From positions 2,773-66,772 of the IMG/VR virus record IMGVR_UViG_3300013137_000018: DNA of 64,000 nucleotides; one strand, given 5' to 3'. The notes below the pieces were generated by a model, which worked only from the letters and a program-made list of their open reading frames with translations, had not been told where the DNA came from and did not search any database. A program made the translations under genes and the position numbers. How positions within the stretch are numbered: the stretch's first letter is position 1; each line of letters opens with the position of its first letter. This stretch comes from a virus. This document shows, piece by piece, positions 1-10,200 of this stretch.

Positions 1-1021
1 TCAAGAAAAAAACGAACATATACTAAAAATATCAAATAATATATATACTATTAAATGTGATTCATGTAATAAAATATACGAAATCACTCCTCATATGTAC
101 TATCAAAGACGAATACAAAACACAGTGCAATGTACAATATGCAATCCAATAGGTAATAAATTTTCTGGTAAAGAAAATTTATTACTGAATTTTATAAAAG
201 AAAACTATAACGGTGAAATTATTTTAAATAGTAGAAATATTATATCTCCATATGAATTGGATATTTATTTACCAGAATTAAAAATAGCTTTTGAATTTAA
301 TGGTTTATATTGGCATTCAGAATTATATAAAGAAAAAAATTATCACAAAAACAAAACTGAAAAATGCTTTGAAAAAGGAATTCAACTAATTCATGTTTGG
401 GAAGATGATTGGAATTATAAACAAGAAATAGTTAAATCAATGATTTTAAATAAATTATATAAAACATCTAATAGAATATTTGCAAGAAAATGTGAAATTA
501 AAGAAATTAATGATAATAGATTAGTTAAAGATTTTTTAAATGAAAATCATATTCAAGGTTTTGTTGGATCTAGTATAAAATTGGGTTTGTTTTATAATAA
601 TGAATTAATTTCTTTAATGACTTTTGGTAAAAAACGAATTTTTATGAATTCAGTTTCAAAAGAAAATGAATGGGAACTTTTAAGATTTTGTAATAAATTG
701 AATACAAATGTGATAGGTGGTGCTAGTAAATTATTTAAATATTTTATTAAAAATTTTACATTTAAAGAAATAACTACATATGCAGATAGAAGTTATTCAA
801 ATGGTAAATTGTATGAAACAATTGGTTTAAATTTTATGAGTAAAACGAATCCAAACTATTATTATATAATAGACGGTGTAAGAAAACATAGATTTGGTTT
901 TAGGAAAGATATTCTAATTAATGAAGGCTATGATAAAAATAAATCTGAACACGAAATTATGTTAGAAAGAAAAATAAATAGAATTTATGATTCAGGTTCG
1001 CTTAAATATACATTTGAATAA
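1..1021 (+). CDS. Hef-like/Vsr-type (DUF559-like) homing endonuclease, 5'-truncated by window edge
   Basis: Frame is open from position 2 (QEKNEH...KCDSCNK...); CxxC, then ELDIYLPELKIAFEFNGLYWHS and IHVWEDDW nuclease motifs, then the Hef-type C-terminal domain (ELLRFCNKLNTNVIGGASKL, TYADRSYS, RIYDSG). Confidence 0.8.
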   Translation, partial: QEKNEHILKISNNIYTIKCDSCNKIYEITPHMYYQRRIQNTVQCTICNPIGNKFSGKENLLLNFIKENYNGEIILNSRNIISPYELDIYLPELKIAFEFNGLYWHSELYKEKNYHKNKTEKCFEKGIQLIHVWEDDWNYKQEIVKSMILNKLYKTSNRIFARKCEIKEINDNRLVKDFLNENHIQGFVGSSIKLGLFYNNELISLMTFGKKRIFMNSVSKENEWELLRFCNKLNTNVIGGASKLFKYFIKNFTFKEITTYADRSYSNGKLYETIGLNFMSKTNPNYYYIIDGVRKHRFGFRKDILINEGYDKNKSEHEIMLERKINRIYDSGSLKYTFE

Positions 1022-1035
1022 TTTTTTATCTTCCT

Positions 1036-1080
1036 ACACATAACAAGGTGTATAAGAAAGTTTGCTATAAACAGTTAAAA
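1036..1080. other. Short attC-like (TAAC...GTTA) imperfect hairpin remnant between convergent endonuclease genes
   Basis: ACATAAC-aaggtgtataagaaagtttgctataaaca-GTTAAAA; ends resemble R''/R' boxes. Confidence 0.2.
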
Positions 1081-1088
1081 ATTTACCC

Positions 1089-2603
1089 TTAAAAAGTAAA
1101 TTTTAAATTACCAGCATTATAAATTCTATAAAAATTTCTTTCTAACATTATTTCATGTTCTGTTTTATTAGAATTAAATCCTTCTTTAACAAGAACGTCT
1201 TTCCTAAAATTAAATCTATAATATCTTTTTTTATCAATTACATAATAATAATTTGATTTTGTTTTTAAAACGAATTTAAATCCTAATTTTTTATAAAGAT
1301 TTCCATTCGAATGACTTCTATCTGCATAAGTTATTATTTCTTTTGATTTATAATTTTTAATAAAATATTTAAATAATTTACTAGCGCCACCTACTACATT
1401 AGTATTTAATTTGTTACAAAAACGAATTAATTCGTATTCGTCATCTTTATTAATAGTATTCATTATTTTTCTTTTTTTACCAAAAGTCATTAAACTAACC
1501 AATTCGTTTTTTATAAATAAGCCTATTTTTATATTTGAACCAACGAATCCTTGAATATGATTTTCATTTAAAAATTCTTTAACTAATTTATTATCATCAA
1601 TTTCTTTGATTTTACATTTTCTAGCAAATATTTTATTAGATGTCTTTCCTAATTTATTTAAAATCATTGACTTAACTATTTCTTGTTTATAATTCCAATC
1701 ATCTTCCCAAATATGAACTAGTTGAATTCCTTTTTCTTCGCACAAATCACTTTTCATTGTGTGATAATTTTTATCTTTATACAATTCATTATGCCAATAA
1801 AGACCATTAAATTCGAATGCTAAACTTAAATCTGGTAAATAAATGTCTAATTCATAAGGTTTTATAATTTCTCTTGAATTTTCTATTATTGTTTTGTTAT
1901 AATTTTTTGTTATAAAATTTAACAATTTATTTTCTACATCTGAAAATTGAATTCCTATTGGATTACATATTGTACATATATTTGCATTATATTTATATCT
2001 ATCATATAATAAAAATCTATTTATTTCAAATTCATGTCCTTTATCACATTTAAATTTTATTAAATGTTTATCACTATCATAATTTATAAATAAAAAATTT
2101 GTATATTTTTTAATAATTCTTTTAATTTTTGATAAAGTTTGTTTTAGTCTAACTTCCTTATTTTGTGATACTACTTTAGTGCCGTATTTTTTAAAATTAG
2201 TTTCATATAATTTGTTTTTTATTATATTATTTTGTAATGCCCATTCTGTGCCATATATTTTTTTATTAGTTTCTTTTATTTTTAGTTTTAAATCAATACT
2301 CTGCATAGGAAATTCGACACCATATTTTTTAATCATTGTTTTTTTTCTTCTTTCTAGATTACAAATATTACAATAATATAAATTATTATTATTGTTAATA
2401 TATTTAATATATGTTTTATATGACATATATTTAATTGTTCCACATTTGTCACAACTTACTTCAACTTTTACATGAGAGCCTAATGTAACATTCTCAATAT
2501 CAATTTCTATTTCATCATTTAATTTTAAATCATTAAATATTTTAGAGTAATGCTTTATGTTTATATTATTTATTCTTATTTTAACCTTTTTTGTTATTAA
2601 CAT
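1089..2603 (-). CDS. Hef-like/Vsr-type homing endonuclease with N-terminal Zn-finger and KKYG repeats
   Basis: CDKC/CNIC, KKYGVEFP/KKYGT repeats, ELDIYLPDLSLAFEFNGLYWHN, VHIWEDDW; close paralog of the 1..1021 protein. Confidence 0.8.
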   Translation of the reverse strand: MLITKKVKIRINNINIKHYSKIFNDLKLNDEIEIDIENVTLGSHVKVEVSCDKCGTIKYMSYKTYIKYINNNNNLYYCNICNLERRKKTMIKKYGVEFPMQSIDLKLKIKETNKKIYGTEWALQNNIIKNKLYETNFKKYGTKVVSQNKEVRLKQTLSKIKRIIKKYTNFLFINYDSDKHLIKFKCDKGHEFEINRFLLYDRYKYNANICTICNPIGIQFSDVENKLLNFITKNYNKTIIENSREIIKPYELDIYLPDLSLAFEFNGLYWHNELYKDKNYHTMKSDLCEEKGIQLVHIWEDDWNYKQEIVKSMILNKLGKTSNKIFARKCKIKEIDDNKLVKEFLNENHIQGFVGSNIKIGLFIKNELVSLMTFGKKRKIMNTINKDDEYELIRFCNKLNTNVVGGASKLFKYFIKNYKSKEIITYADRSHSNGNLYKKLGFKFVLKTKSNYYYVIDKKRYYRFNFRKDVLVKEGFNSNKTEHEIMLERNFYRIYNAGNLKFTF

Positions 2604-2700
2604 ACAATTTTATTTTTATAGTATATATAAAATATAAGAATACCATAAAAAAGAAAATTCAGACTTTATTTATTAAATATATAAGTAAAAATAAAGTTTT

Positions 2701-3120
2701 TTGATGGCAGATAAAGAAAAAGATAACAAGAAAGTTGATTTTTTTGGCAAAGTAGCGAAATTTCCTAAAAATACAAAAGCCCAAAAGGCATATAATTTTC
2801 TTGAGAATATAAGAATTCCAAAAAATAAACTTTGGTATTTCATTATTGAAAAAGAACTTATTGTTAAGGATGAAAATGTCTATGAAGAATTACAAGTCAT
2901 AAAATATAACAACAAACAAGGTGTAAATTGTTCTAAATTTGTCGAAGCTTTAAAAGAATATTATTCTGATGAACCATTAATTTCAGAACATATTAAAGAT
3001 TTAAAAATAGATGGTAATGATAAATTTTCTATAATTAGAAATATACCTAATATTGATGTCAATGGTAAAAAATTGATTTCAATAATAACTGAAGATTTGA
3101 TAAGATTATTATATAAATAA
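2701..3120 (+). CDS. Hypothetical protein (ATG at 2704)
   Basis: 139-aa ORF preceded by TAAATATATAA motif at 2674-2684. Confidence 0.7.
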   Translation: MMADKEKDNKKVDFFGKVAKFPKNTKAQKAYNFLENIRIPKNKLWYFIIEKELIVKDENVYEELQVIKYNNKQGVNCSKFVEALKEYYSDEPLISEHIKDLKIDGNDKFSIIRNIPNIDVNGKKLISIITEDLIRLLYK

Positions 3121-3199
3121 TTAAAACGGTTTGATATTTAAGGCTCCAATTATTAATATGGGGCAAAAATAGAATTATTGAATTTTTCAAATAATATTA

Positions 3200-3523
3200 T
3201 CATATATTCATTGTATTTGACATTGGTGTATCTGGCATTCCACCATTAATAGCCATATCATTTGAAGGATTTGTAGACGGATTTATTGTCATATCAGAAC
3301 CAATCGCTGGTGCATTATTTCCTTTTACTAAATCTACAATTTGATTTTCCCTAATTTCAATAGGTTCTTTTGAAAATTGTTGATTAAACATAACAGCAAC
3401 AAGATATGATTTTTTAGAATTTATCTTTGTTATTTTTGCAACATCACCTGTATCTAGTTTGACTAAATCTCCAACAGTATATAATTGTTGTTCAAATTCT
3501 TCATATGTTTGTAAATATTTCAT
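3200..3523 (-). CDS. Small KOW/SH3-like protein with capsid-targeting-like leader
   Basis: Probable start MKYLQTYEEFE; YTVGDLVKLDTGDVAKITKIN resembles a KOW/SH3 barrel. Confidence 0.6.
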   Translation of the reverse strand: MKYLQTYEEFEQQLYTVGDLVKLDTGDVAKITKINSKKSYLVAVMFNQQFSKEPIEIRENQIVDLVKGNNAPAIGSDMTINPSTNPSNDMAINGGMPDTPMSNTMNI

Positions 3524-3553
3524 ATTAACCATATTTTTCTTCGTAGTATTCGC

Positions 3554-3955
3554 TTACAAGTTTTGTACCATTTCTGGTTCTATTTTTCCACAATCTACAT
3601 TTATATCAAATTTATCAAAAATATCATATAATTTATTGTAAACTGTTTCTGATTCTTCTACATTTGTTGCTTTTCTTAATTCATCTGCTACAATAGGTTC
3701 TATTTCATTCCAACAAGCATCACCAACAGTTGAAGAAATATTTTGTTGTTGTTCCATTAAGAGTGAAGCGTATTCATTGTTAAAATCAACGATTGATATT
3801 TTCTGTGAAGTATAATCTTGCCATTGTTTTGAAATATCAATAGTCATTGTCCAATTTTCATCATATTGACCATCATCAGTTTCAATAAACAATTTGCCTT
3901 TTTCAGGTTGAGTTTGAGTTTGCACAAATGCTTCAAATTTTTTTAGAATTTTCAT
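3554..3955 (-). CDS. Acidic hypothetical protein with capsid-targeting-like leader
   Basis: Probable start MKILKKFEAF at 3955, just downstream of the TTTAATATATA motif (3961-3971). Confidence 0.65.
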   Translation of the reverse strand: MKILKKFEAFVQTQTQPEKGKLFIETDDGQYDENWTMTIDISKQWQDYTSQKISIVDFNNEYASLLMEQQQNISSTVGDACWNEIEPIVADELRKATNVEESETVYNKLYDIFDKFDINVDCGKIEPEMVQNL

Positions 3956-3982
3956 ATAACTATATATTAAATTATATAAATA

Positions 3983-4007
3983 AAAAATGCCCCACACTGG
4001 CATTTTT
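3983..4007 (-). terminator. Intrinsic terminator
   Basis: AAAAATGCC-ccacact-GGCATTTTT stem-loop downstream of the 4026..5126 gene. Confidence 0.65.
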
Positions 4008-4025
4008 ATTTTGAAAACACTTTAA

Positions 4026-5126
4026 TTACCTTCTTCCACCGCTTCTTGAAACTCCTCCACCAGAAGGTTTTGAGTTGAATGATGAATTAGATGGTCTTGT
4101 ACTTGAAGAATTGCTAGGTTTTGAATATGAATTATTAGGTTTTGAATATGAATTATTAGGTCTTGAATTATTTTGATAATTAGGTTTTGAATAATTGTTA
4201 TCATTTGAAGGTCTTGTGCATGAATTATTAGGTTTTGAATCATTATATGTTGGTCTATTATAATTATTAGTAAGTTTTGAATAATTTATTGTTTGTCCTT
4301 CATTTGGTTTACTATAAGGATTAACATTTGTAGGTTTATTATAAGTTGGTTTTGAATAAGTATTATTTGGCTTTGCGTATGTAGGCTTACTGCCTATATC
4401 TATAGGTTTATTATTTAATGGTTTATAATCAACCACTGGTTTTGTATAATCATTTATAGGTTTTGAATTAAAAGAAGGTCTTGTTTGATTATTTACAACA
4501 TTTGAACCAGAACCAGAATTGTTATCACCTCTTGAACCATTTGTACTACCTCCACCTCTATGACCGTAATAATTATTGTTTCCATGATTTCCACCACCGT
4601 AATTTCCGTGATGGTCGTTATAATTGTGCCAATCATGATGATTGTGATGTCCGTGACTTCCCCAACAACCATAATAACCATAGTCATTCCAACCATAATT
4701 CCAATAGTATGGGTAGTAATAATATGAAGAATATCCATAATACCAAGGGTAAGAATAATCATAATACCAAGGACTCCAATAAAAATCAACTATTCCAATA
4801 GAGCCAAGATATAATCCTGATGTATAATAAGAAGAATAGTATCCACCATAATAATACGGACTATGAAATCTACTTAATCTTTGTGTATAAGAATAATCAT
4901 ATTCGTCAATTATATAATTTTCTTCATAATCGGTAGTGTATGTATTCTTTTCAATGTAAGTTAAAGAATTTGTTTTTACTGTATCAATTTTGACAGAATC
5001 AATAACAGTAATTTCTTTTTTTACATTTTTTTTCTTGGTAGAATAATAAATATCGTCTTCATATACTTGGGAATATGAGAAAATACTTGCTAACATTAGC
5101 ATCGAAATAATTAATAGTGTTTTCAT
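4026..5126 (-). CDS. Bacteroidota-type secreted Tyr/Gly/Asn-rich protein with low-complexity tail
   Basis: Sec-type signal peptide (MKTLLIISMLMLASIFSYSQ), EDDIYYS and YDYSYTQRLSRFH motifs, Y/W/G-rich middle, NNSYSKP repeats, GGGVSRSGGRR end. Confidence 0.75.
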   Translation of the reverse strand: MKTLLIISMLMLASIFSYSQVYEDDIYYSTKKKNVKKEITVIDSVKIDTVKTNSLTYIEKNTYTTDYEENYIIDEYDYSYTQRLSRFHSPYYYGGYYSSYYTSGLYLGSIGIVDFYWSPWYYDYSYPWYYGYSSYYYYPYYWNYGWNDYGYYGCWGSHGHHNHHDWHNYNDHHGNYGGGNHGNNNYYGHRGGGSTNGSRGDNNSGSGSNVVNNQTRPSFNSKPINDYTKPVVDYKPLNNKPIDIGSKPTYAKPNNTYSKPTYNKPTNVNPYSKPNEGQTINYSKLTNNYNRPTYNDSKPNNSCTRPSNDNNYSKPNYQNNSRPNNSYSKPNNSYSKPSNSSSTRPSNSSFNSKPSGGGVSRSGGRR

Positions 5127-5158
5127 AACTTTTAAGGTTTTTGTTTATTAAAATAAAA

Positions 5159-5173
5159 ACAAGTATTGTGCCA
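5159..5173 (-). promoter_or_regulatory. Putative sigma54 (-24/-12) promoter
   Basis: TGGCAC-AATAC-TTGT about 33 nt upstream of the ATG at 5126; consensus is TGGCAC-N5-TTGC. Confidence 0.55.
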
Positions 5174-5177
5174 AAAT

Positions 5178-5209
5178 AAATAAACCCCAATTTTTATTGG
5201 GGTTTATTT
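5178..5209. terminator. Intrinsic terminator, probably bidirectional
   Basis: AAATAAACCCCAAT-tttt-ATTGGGGTTTATTT directly after the stop of 5210..7249. Confidence 0.8.
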
Positions 5210-7249
5210 TTAAAGTGTTATAATTTTATATGTTATATAGACATCTATTGTACCATCACCGGTTGTTGGGTTGGCATCTGTTTTTATATACAATTTTTCA
5301 TTTGGTATAATTGATATATTTGATGATGCTTGATTTACAATTGACATTATTTTAAATAAATGTGTTGTTCCATTTACAAAATTTAAAGGGGTTGTAAATT
5401 GATCAAGCGAAGAACCACTGATAAATAATGATACTTGACCACCAACATCATATGCAGTCGTACCAGTAGTCAATCTTGCACAAGCACTAGTTACTACTAT
5501 TGCTTCGTTTGCACCAGGTTGTGGTATACCAGTGTCTATGAAATTTGTACTTGCAGAATATATCATATCAGAAGTTAATGATACTTTAATATCTTTAAGT
5601 CCACCACCAACAGTAGAACCAGATATTGTTAAGTTTGTACCATCATAAGATAACGGTGATCCACCAAGGTATATTGTTGCACCACTAACATGCAACTCTT
5701 TCCATTGATTTGTCGGTGAACCCAAACTGTATAAACCATCTGCGTTTGGAATTACATCACCACTAAATGTAGCACCACTATAAAAATTTACTGATGCGTT
5801 ATTATTAATTTTAATAGCTTTTTTATTACCAGTATTTCCTATATCTGTTACAGAGAATGATAATTCTGTACCATGACCACTAAGAGAGAAATTTTCAACA
5901 GCTGTTGCAGTAATAAATGCTGGTACATTTGATGTTATCAATCCTGTTAAACCACTATCTTCAAAACCAGTAAATACAATAGAACCAAGATTATGATTTA
6001 TTTGAGTTGCTGTAATAGAATTATAATCTGAACCATAACCTTTTACTAAACTAATTGTTGGTTGATTATCTGTTATTGTATTAACAGAATATAACGCCAT
6101 TGTAGAATTTAATGAAGTTGAACCATATATTCCTAATGATGTTAAACCTGTCAACACACCACCATTTCCAATACTGACATAATCAGATGTAAATAATTTT
6201 GGAACATATACAGAACAATCACACAAAGTTGATACTCCAGAACAACCTATAACTACAGAACTATTATGTGATACTGTATTATAACTACCTCCTACAATTG
6301 CAGAATTATAATTCATTACTACTGTATTATAACTACCTCCTATAATTGATGAATAGTTAGCTGATGTTATTATATTTGTAAGACCACCGACTATACTAGA
6401 ATTTTCTGATTTTGTACCTCCGATAGTACCAGTATTACCACCCATTATTGTATTATAAAATCCATCTCCTATAATCCTATTAGCTATACCACCAACAATT
6501 GAAGAATATGTATTAGAAACAATACCTGTTGAGCAACCTAAAATAGTCGCACCTGAGACTAAAGTATTATTATTTTTACCACCAATAATAGCTGAATAAT
6601 CACCTGTTGCACCAGAAACATCTGGTGTTGAATTTTCTCTATATGAATGATTGAATGCTGCTAAACCAGAAGCTATTATTTCATTATTTACAAAACCTTC
6701 ACCACCAGAAAAAGATGACTGACCAGATGCTATTGTATATCTATTATTTGAACTTGAATAATCGCCTAAAGCTTTTGTTTGTGAGTTTTTAGCAATAGAA
6801 ACAGTACCACTTGCTTCACATTGTCCGCCAAATACGTATGATGCCAAACCTGTATTACCAGTTCTTGAACCAAATGTTACAGATGACATAACAAAATCAA
6901 AATAAATATATGGATTTGAACTAAATGAGCCGCCAGAATTTAATTGAAAATAACCAGTTGAGCCATTTGCTATATCAGTCAAGTTAGAACCATTTCCATA
7001 ATATGTTGCAGCAGATACAAAATTTGAAGCATTGAAATTCGTAGCATATACTGTGTCTGTAGCAAAATCAAATGTAAATGATGATGAAGATGCCAATGTT
7101 GCAGCAGAGCTTATTTGAATACTACCATCTGCACCAGAAGCAAATGCTGTTGCACCGCTACTTCTTGTCCAAGATGAACCATTCCATCTTGCAGTATCAC
7201 CTGTTAAAAGTGTTGTTGGATCAAGACCTATAAAAAGTTTTTCACTCAT
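5210..7249 (-). CDS. Tail fibre/spike-like structural protein with YadA-head-like beta-roll repeats
   Basis: S/T/G-rich; SAIIGG/SSIVGG repeats; shares GSIQI..FDF, FNHS..STPDVSGATG and YSLGS.TNQWKELHVSG modules with the adjacent fibre gene. Confidence 0.75.
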   Translation of the reverse strand: MSEKLFIGLDPTTLLTGDTARWNGSSWTRSSGATAFASGADGSIQISSAATLASSSSFTFDFATDTVYATNFNASNFVSAATYYGNGSNLTDIANGSTGYFQLNSGGSFSSNPYIYFDFVMSSVTFGSRTGNTGLASYVFGGQCEASGTVSIAKNSQTKALGDYSSSNNRYTIASGQSSFSGGEGFVNNEIIASGLAAFNHSYRENSTPDVSGATGDYSAIIGGKNNNTLVSGATILGCSTGIVSNTYSSIVGGIANRIIGDGFYNTIMGGNTGTIGGTKSENSSIVGGLTNIITSANYSSIIGGSYNTVVMNYNSAIVGGSYNTVSHNSSVVIGCSGVSTLCDCSVYVPKLFTSDYVSIGNGGVLTGLTSLGIYGSTSLNSTMALYSVNTITDNQPTISLVKGYGSDYNSITATQINHNLGSIVFTGFEDSGLTGLITSNVPAFITATAVENFSLSGHGTELSFSVTDIGNTGNKKAIKINNNASVNFYSGATFSGDVIPNADGLYSLGSPTNQWKELHVSGATIYLGGSPLSYDGTNLTISGSTVGGGLKDIKVSLTSDMIYSASTNFIDTGIPQPGANEAIVVTSACARLTTGTTAYDVGGQVSLFISGSSLDQFTTPLNFVNGTTHLFKIMSIVNQASSNISIIPNEKLYIKTDANPTTGDGTIDVYITYKIITL

Positions 7250-7266
7250 TGTTAATTATTTTATTT

Positions 7267-10200
7267 TTATGTTGTTGTAGTTATTAAATTTCCACTATTA
7301 TCAACTGTTACTTTATATCTAGTTCCGTTAGGACTTCTTAATATAATACCATCACCAGACATGGTCAGTTCCGCTCTTGGCATATAAACCGTACTTGCTG
7401 ATAATGTTGTCTGATTGTAGCCTCCTAAAATTACACTATAATCGTGTAATACTGTATTATCAGTACCAGCCAATATAGCACTTGATACAGATGTGACACT
7501 ATGATCAACACCACCTAATATAACAGAATAATTAGCTGTTACTCCTGAAACATTATCTGTGCTATTATTTCTATATGAATGGTTAAATGAAGAAACGCCA
7601 GATGCTACGATAGAATATGCTGTTGTTTGACCATAACCACCAGCATGAGAAGCAGTACCTATAGCATTTGAAAATCTATTTTGAGCGTGAGAGCATTCTC
7701 CTGATGCTATTCCATAACGACCTTCACCATGAGAATATTTACCAGATGATGTCGAATAATTTCCTTCAGCGTGTGAAAAATGACCATTTGCTGTTGTTCT
7801 ATAACCTTCTGAGTGAGAACCATCTCCACTGGCTGTACTTTCTATGCCTTCTGAGTGTGAACCATATGAACCAGAAGATGTTGTTTTGTAACCTTCTGCA
7901 AAGCAAGAACTATTTCCATATGTTCCTGATGCTGTTGTTTGATATCCAGTTGCAAAATTATATTTTCCTGTTGCTTTAGATTCATAACCACCAATAACAA
8001 CGGAGCCTACATCTGTTGCTGAGTTATTTACACCACCTAATATAACTGAATACTCACCAGTTGCACCTGATACATCAGGTGTTGAAATTAATCTAGTTGA
8101 ATGATTAAATGATGCCAAACCAAAAGCAATTACTTTATAATCTAAATGACCATACCCACCAGCATGAGATTCATAACCACTAGCTGTTGTAGCAAATCCT
8201 TCTGCGTGTGAATAATCACCACTTGCTGTAGTATAAGCACCTTCGGCGTGAGAAGCTTGTCCACTTATTGTTCTATAACCGCTTGCAAAAGAATAATTAC
8301 CACTTGCTGTTGTTTCTACACCAGTTGCAAAAGCATAATCACCACTTGCTATAACATCATGACCATATGCCATAGAACCAGAACCAGTTGAGCCACTTCT
8401 AACACCAAATGTTATAGCTTCATTAGCAAAGTCAAAATCAAATTTTGTAGAGTATGAAAATGTTGAACCAGATTTTATTTGAATGCTACCTGTTGTTCCT
8501 GCAGGACTACCACCAACCGTAACACCTGACCATAAAAGATTTGTACCATCAGTTGAAAGTGGTATAGTTCCTAAGAATAATTGATTACTCTGATGATAAA
8601 CATCATTTACAAATATTACATTACCTGTAATTGTTTGTGGAACTGATGTTGGATTTAATTTAACATAATTTGCTAATTCTGTTGTTAAACCACTGACTTT
8701 AGACATAGTTAATGCGCCATTTAACCATTTTGCAGTACCAACATTATAATATAAATAATGATCTGTCTGAGGTCCAGTTATAATAACATCATTTAATTCT
8801 GATAATCTTCCTTTTATAGTGCCTGTAAAATCTGCTACAGTATATGAATTTGGATGACCATATGCATCAAATGTCATATCTACTAAAATAGATGAAAGTG
8901 ATGGAATTGTAGTTGACCTGGTTACAGTTTTTGTTGAGTGTCTTATTTGAACATCATTATCTAATGTACCACCACCTGTTAATCCTGAAATACCAGTCAC
9001 AGTTCTTCCTGTTAAAACACCTTCAGGTTTCCAAGTAATAGCAGTCAAATCTATAATATAATTTGTCCAACCTGATGTTGAATCCCATTTTAAGAAACTA
9101 TTATTTGTTAATATTGGCACATTTAACGAAACATCAGCCAATGATTGTAATGTTAAACCTGATAAATCATCATATGTAATATACCTAATATCTAATACAC
9201 CAGAACCACTTATTGGCAACAATTGAGATTGTGTATAATATCTATCATCATGATTGTGGTCTTTATCTGAATAATATGTTCTATAAAATGTTCCACCAAA
9301 GTATTCATAGAAATAATTTGCATCTATGTATTTTTGTCCCTCGTAAGTTGTAGCGGTTAAACCTGTAAATGTAAATGTTCTACCTGTCCAATAAGTGTCA
9401 CCACTAGTTATATATGATATAACTGTAGGATCTGTTACATAAAGAGAAATAATATCTTCACCTTCTTTAACAGTACCACCAGTATCAACATGTAATATTC
9501 TTGTTGTTAAACCAGTCATAAAATCAAATACTAATTCACCAGTCATAGTGTCACCACTTTTTACAACAAAATTGCCGACCAATGTTGGTGATGTCACTGG
9601 ATACCAAGAACCTCCACTATATTGTAAGAATTGACCATCTGTTGCGCCAGTAACTCTAACATCTGTTAATGCACTAAATGCGTGGGAATGTCCTGTTTGT
9701 GAGAATATCGCTGTTTGAGCACTTGTGAAGAATATTGCATCAGTTTGAGCACTAGTATAATAAGCTGATAAATCTGGTGTTACAGCACTATTAACCCACA
9801 ATGCACCGTCAAATACTAATGATTCTCCAGCACTTGCAGTTGTTATTCCAGAATTAACATCTAATAATTGATATAAATATCTTGTTCCTGTCGCACCTGT
9901 TAAATTATATAATAATAAATCAACTTCTGATGCAGTATAATATGCTGATAAATCTAAGGTTACTGCTGAGTTTATCCAAGTACCAGCAGAATATACTAAA
10001 ACTTGTCCATAACTTATTGCACTTACTACAACATCTGTTAAGCCTGTTAAATAATGTGAGTGTCCTGTTTGAGAATAAAGTGCATTTGTTTGGGCACTAT
10101 TAAAAAATATAGTATTAGTTTGAGCACTTGTGTAATATCCTGTTAATAGGTTATTAACTTCAGTTGTTGAATATGTTTGAGAACTCAAATAATATCTATC

